Below, piece by piece: positions 61,166-64,000 of a DNA stretch of 64,000 nucleotides. The notes under the pieces are model-generated. The model was not told where the DNA came from, made no database searches, and saw only the letters and a list, made by a program, of their open reading frames with translations. Origin of the DNA: Candidatus Falkowbacteria bacterium (GTDB lineage: Bacteria > Patescibacteriota > Patescibacteriia > Patescibacteriales > UBA12075); assembly GCA_003514005.1 (NCBI GenBank), contig DOSJ01000006.1, positions 66,281 to 130,280 of the forward strand, written 5' to 3'. The translations under genes and the position numbers were made by a program. The first letter of the stretch is position 1, and every line of letters starts with the position of its first letter.

Positions 61166-62437
61166 ATGTCAAAATTTATCATAAACGGCGGCAATATGCT
61201 GTCAGGAGAGATTAATGTTAAAGGTGCAAAAAATGCCGCCCTAAAAATTATTCCGGCTGCATTGTTATCCAAAGAAAAAATAACTATCAAAAATCTACCG
61301 GATATTGAGGATGTCAGCTTGGCTTTAAGCTTAATAAGCGACCTGGGAGCCGATGTCAAACGATCGAAAGGCCAAGTCGAAATCTGTTGTGAAAATATCA
61401 ACAAATCTGAATTATTACCGGAAATCGCCAATAAATTCCGTGCATCAATAATGTTTGTCGGACCGCTTTTGGCAAGATTCGGCGAAGTAAAATTCCCGCA
61501 TCCGGGCGGATGCGTTATCGGTGCCGGCGGACGGCCGATTGATATCTTTTTGAATAGCTATGAACGCTTGGGCGCAGAAATAATCGAAGGTGAAAAATAT
61601 TATCAGATAAAAGCCAAAAAACTGACAGGCTGTGATTATTTTTTTCCGCTCATCAGCGTTACCGGAACCGAGTCCTTTATTCTCACTGCCGTTTTGGCTG
61701 ATGGCGTTACTAATTTGAAAAATTGCGCTATGGAGCCGGAAATAGAGGCCTTGGCAGAATATTTAAATAAGCAAGGCGCAAAAATCAAAGGAGCTGGTAC
61801 ACCAACGATCACGATAGAAGGCGTAAAAGAGCTTAGAGCCAGCGATTTCACAATAATCCCGGATCGCATCGAAACCGGCTCGTTTGCGATAATGGCGGCC
61901 GCGGCAAAATCCAAGATAACGATTAACGATTGCAACCCCGAGCATGTCCTGATTCTTTTAAATATTTTTAAAATGATAAATATCCCTTTTGAATCAGGTA
62001 ACGATTTTATAAAAATCTTACCGGCCAAAGAAATCAAGCCTTACAATGTCAAAACCCGTGAATACCCGGGCTTTCCAACTGACCTCCAATCCCCTTTTAC
62101 ACTTTTAATGACACAAGCTAACGGTTCATCCTTGATCCATGAAACGATTTACGACCGCCGCCTGATGTTTACCGATATGCTTATGCAAATGGGTGCCGAT
62201 ATCATAATGTGCGACCCGCATCGCGTTGTCGTAAATGGTCCCTCAAAACTTTATGGTAAAAAACTAATCAGCCCGGATCTGCGCGCCGGTATAACGCTCT
62301 TGATAGCAGCGTTAATAGCAAATGGACAGACAGAAATAGATAATATTTATCAGATAAATCGCGGATACGAGAATATAGATGACCGTTTGCGAATATTAGG
62401 CGCTGATATTAAATGTATTAATAGTTTGAAAATATAA
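61166..62437 (+). CDS. murA: UDP-N-acetylglucosamine 1-carboxyvinyltransferase
   Basis: INGGNMLSGEINVKGAKNAALKIIPAALL and the active-site PHPGGCVIGAGGRPID. Confidence 0.95.
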   Translation: MSKFIINGGNMLSGEINVKGAKNAALKIIPAALLSKEKITIKNLPDIEDVSLALSLISDLGADVKRSKGQVEICCENINKSELLPEIANKFRASIMFVGPLLARFGEVKFPHPGGCVIGAGGRPIDIFLNSYERLGAEIIEGEKYYQIKAKKLTGCDYFFPLISVTGTESFILTAVLADGVTNLKNCAMEPEIEALAEYLNKQGAKIKGAGTPTITIEGVKELRASDFTIIPDRIETGSFAIMAAAAKSKITINDCNPEHVLILLNIFKMINIPFESGNDFIKILPAKEIKPYNVKTREYPGFPTDLQSPFTLLMTQANGSSLIHETIYDRRLMFTDMLMQMGADIIMCDPHRVVVNGPSKLYGKKLISPDLRAGITLLIAALIANGQTEIDNIYQINRGYENIDDRLRILGADIKCINSLKI

Positions 62438-62465
62438 CAAAAATTTTTAATTTAAAATTTCCCTT

Positions 62466-63821
62466 ATGTCCCTATCCACCCGCCGCACTCTATATATCTT
62501 TTTTATCATAATCTTCTTTACGATCACTCCACTGATCATGCTTTATGCCGCAGGCTATTCTTTGGCAGACGGACTTAAGGTGCAAAAAACTGGCATATTA
62601 ATTGCGGATACCGAGCCAGAGGGAGCCACGATCGTGATTGACGGTAAAACACAAAAAAATTTATTTAACAAGATTTTTAATATTGACGGCAAAATCATTA
62701 CCACACCGGCAAAAGTAAAGAATCTGATTCCCGGCGAATATACCATCACGCTTAGCAAAGACAAGTATTGGGATTGGCAAAAAAAGCTTTCAATCAAACC
62801 GGGAGAGTCTACCTATATTGAAAACGTAAGCTTGTTTAAAAAAGATACTCCTCTGCTTATGTCTACCGGCACTTATGAAAAAAACGCCTTTAGTCCGAAT
62901 AAGGAATATTTGGCTTTTTCTTCGCAAACCGAAATTGTCCTTATTGATGCGGAAAGCGGAACGCAAGCACCCTATTCATTAGTATCTACAACCACGCCCT
63001 TATCCGCAATAAACGATTTGCTCTGGTCGCCAAACAGTAAAAATCTGATATACGGCAACCGGCTTTTTTCCGTTAAGGACTGGCAAAACCCGATTGATTT
63101 GTCAAAAATAATCGGCAATAACATTACTGATTTCAGTTGGGATAACGATAATGACTATATTTATTATCTAAGTAATAGCACTTTACATCGTTTTAATATT
63201 GCCACCCAAAGCAGCCAAGAAGTCAAGCAAAATCTTGATTCCAAAAAATATATCATAAACGACAACCTGCTCCATTATCTCCAAAACGAAAAAAACGCCG
63301 CCAATATCACTACCTGGGACATTGACGGCAACAAGCAAACCGCAAGCATAAGCCTGCCGGTTTCCGATTATGTTCTGACTGGCAATAAAAAATATCTCAA
63401 TCTGTACGATCGATCGCACCATATCCTCTATCTACTAGACCCCTTTTCCGCGTACAAACCAATACGCGAATCAATCACCAATGTTGATTTTTTCGAATGG
63501 ATCAATGACAACAAACTGCTTTTTGCCAACCAATATGAAATCTGGATTTTTGACCTGGAACACCGTAAAAACACATTGCTAACACGCATCAGCCAAGAAA
63601 TAAAAGCGGCAATCTGGCATCCGAGCGACAATTACATAATTTACGCGACTGACAAAGATATCTTTACTATCGAACTGGACGACCGCGAGAAATACAATAT
63701 CACGAAAATTATCGAATTGGAAACTATTAAAAACCCCATTCTCAATAAAAAGGGTGATACGCTTTATTTCTACTCAAAGATCGGAAATCAAGAAGGAATG
63801 TATAAGTTAACTATACAATAA
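62466..63821 (+). CDS. membrane-anchored PEGA-domain protein with TolB-like beta-propeller repeats
   Basis: N-terminal TM, PEGA motif (TEPEGATIVIDGK ... PGEYTITLSKDKY), then a WD40-like/TolB-like repeat pattern (WSPNSKNLIY, WHPSDNYIIY). Confidence 0.65.
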   Translation: MSLSTRRTLYIFFIIIFFTITPLIMLYAAGYSLADGLKVQKTGILIADTEPEGATIVIDGKTQKNLFNKIFNIDGKIITTPAKVKNLIPGEYTITLSKDKYWDWQKKLSIKPGESTYIENVSLFKKDTPLLMSTGTYEKNAFSPNKEYLAFSSQTEIVLIDAESGTQAPYSLVSTTTPLSAINDLLWSPNSKNLIYGNRLFSVKDWQNPIDLSKIIGNNITDFSWDNDNDYIYYLSNSTLHRFNIATQSSQEVKQNLDSKKYIINDNLLHYLQNEKNAANITTWDIDGNKQTASISLPVSDYVLTGNKKYLNLYDRSHHILYLLDPFSAYKPIRESITNVDFFEWINDNKLLFANQYEIWIFDLEHRKNTLLTRISQEIKAAIWHPSDNYIIYATDKDIFTIELDDREKYNITKIIELETIKNPILNKKGDTLYFYSKIGNQEGMYKLTIQ

Positions 63822-63825
63822 ATAC

Positions 63826-64000
63826 TTAGCATCTTTCTTTTTCACCCACAAACATCATGAATAGTGTCGGAATTACGAATAGGGTCAGAAAAGAAGAAAG
63901 CATCAGCCCGGCGATAATCGCACCGCCCAATGCCATCCAAGTTTCATTGGAAAGAGTAATCGGGATAATGCCGATAATCGTGCATACTGACGTGATAACT
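63826..64000 (-). CDS. RND-family efflux permease, C-terminal fragment (gene continues beyond the window)
   Basis: Hand translation ...VITSVCTIIGIIPITLSNETWMALGGAIIAGLMLSSFLTLFVIPTLFMMFVGEKERC* matches the conserved last TM helices of AcrB-type transporters. Confidence 0.6.
   Translation of the reverse strand, partial: VITSVCTIIGIIPITLSNETWMALGGAIIAGLMLSSFLTLFVIPTLFMMFVGEKERC

Noticed and set aside
1-64000. Alternative genetic code with UGA recoded (as in some CPR lineages)
   Set aside because: TGA terminates conserved genes at the expected C-termini. Examples are the P-type ATPase at 23357-23359 (with an ATGA overlap to the next gene) and the GT2 at 43725-43727. The conserved genes read as full-length uninterrupted ORFs in the provided ORF track.

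Overview
AT-rich (by eye, not computed) bacterial chromosomal window with standard code. TGA acts as a stop at the expected ends of conserved genes. About 60% is a minus-strand housekeeping backbone: ftsQ-like, a MurF-like remnant, aminotransferase, serS, lysS, O-antigen-ligase/TPR protein, two GT4 glycosyltransferases, polyprenyl sugar-phosphotransferase, ftsX/ftsE, an RlpA-DPBB/S11 carboxypeptidase fusion, P-type ATPase, thrS, processive GT2, rplU, malic enzyme, dnaE, MFS, parB and ctpA. Plus-strand genes include dnaB, ybaB, recR, murA and a PEGA/beta-propeller protein. RNA genes are an oversized RNase P RNA and five tRNAs (Asn, Gly, Thr, Gln, Lys) plus two tRNA fragments. A T-box leader (candidate ACU Thr specifier) lies upstream of thrS. 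The gene repertoire resembles a small-genome Patescibacteria/CPR-type organism, but this is inference only because no phylogeny was run. The most interesting region is a ~12 kb island at 26.2-38.1 kb. It encodes signal-peptide proteins with envelope modules typical of diderm bacteria: three AMIN-like domains, two OmpA-like C-termini, a LolA-like protein and a putative beta-barrel. These are driven by near-identical promoters and flank a divergently oriented 1364-aa charged giant protein. Genes in this island and in two smaller orphan islets (15.3-17.1 kb, 45.7-47.2 kb) carry strong GGAGG Shine-Dalgarno sites, which the housekeeping genes checked lack. The intergenic space holds several repeat families: a dRS3-like MITE-like hairpin element (5 copies), a 103-nt hairpin element (2 copies with compensatory arm changes), and palindromes built from 7-nt words. 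A phospholipase-D gene bracketed by tRNA fragments has an elaborate upstream region. All domain calls rest on motif recognition by eye and need HMM or structure confirmation.
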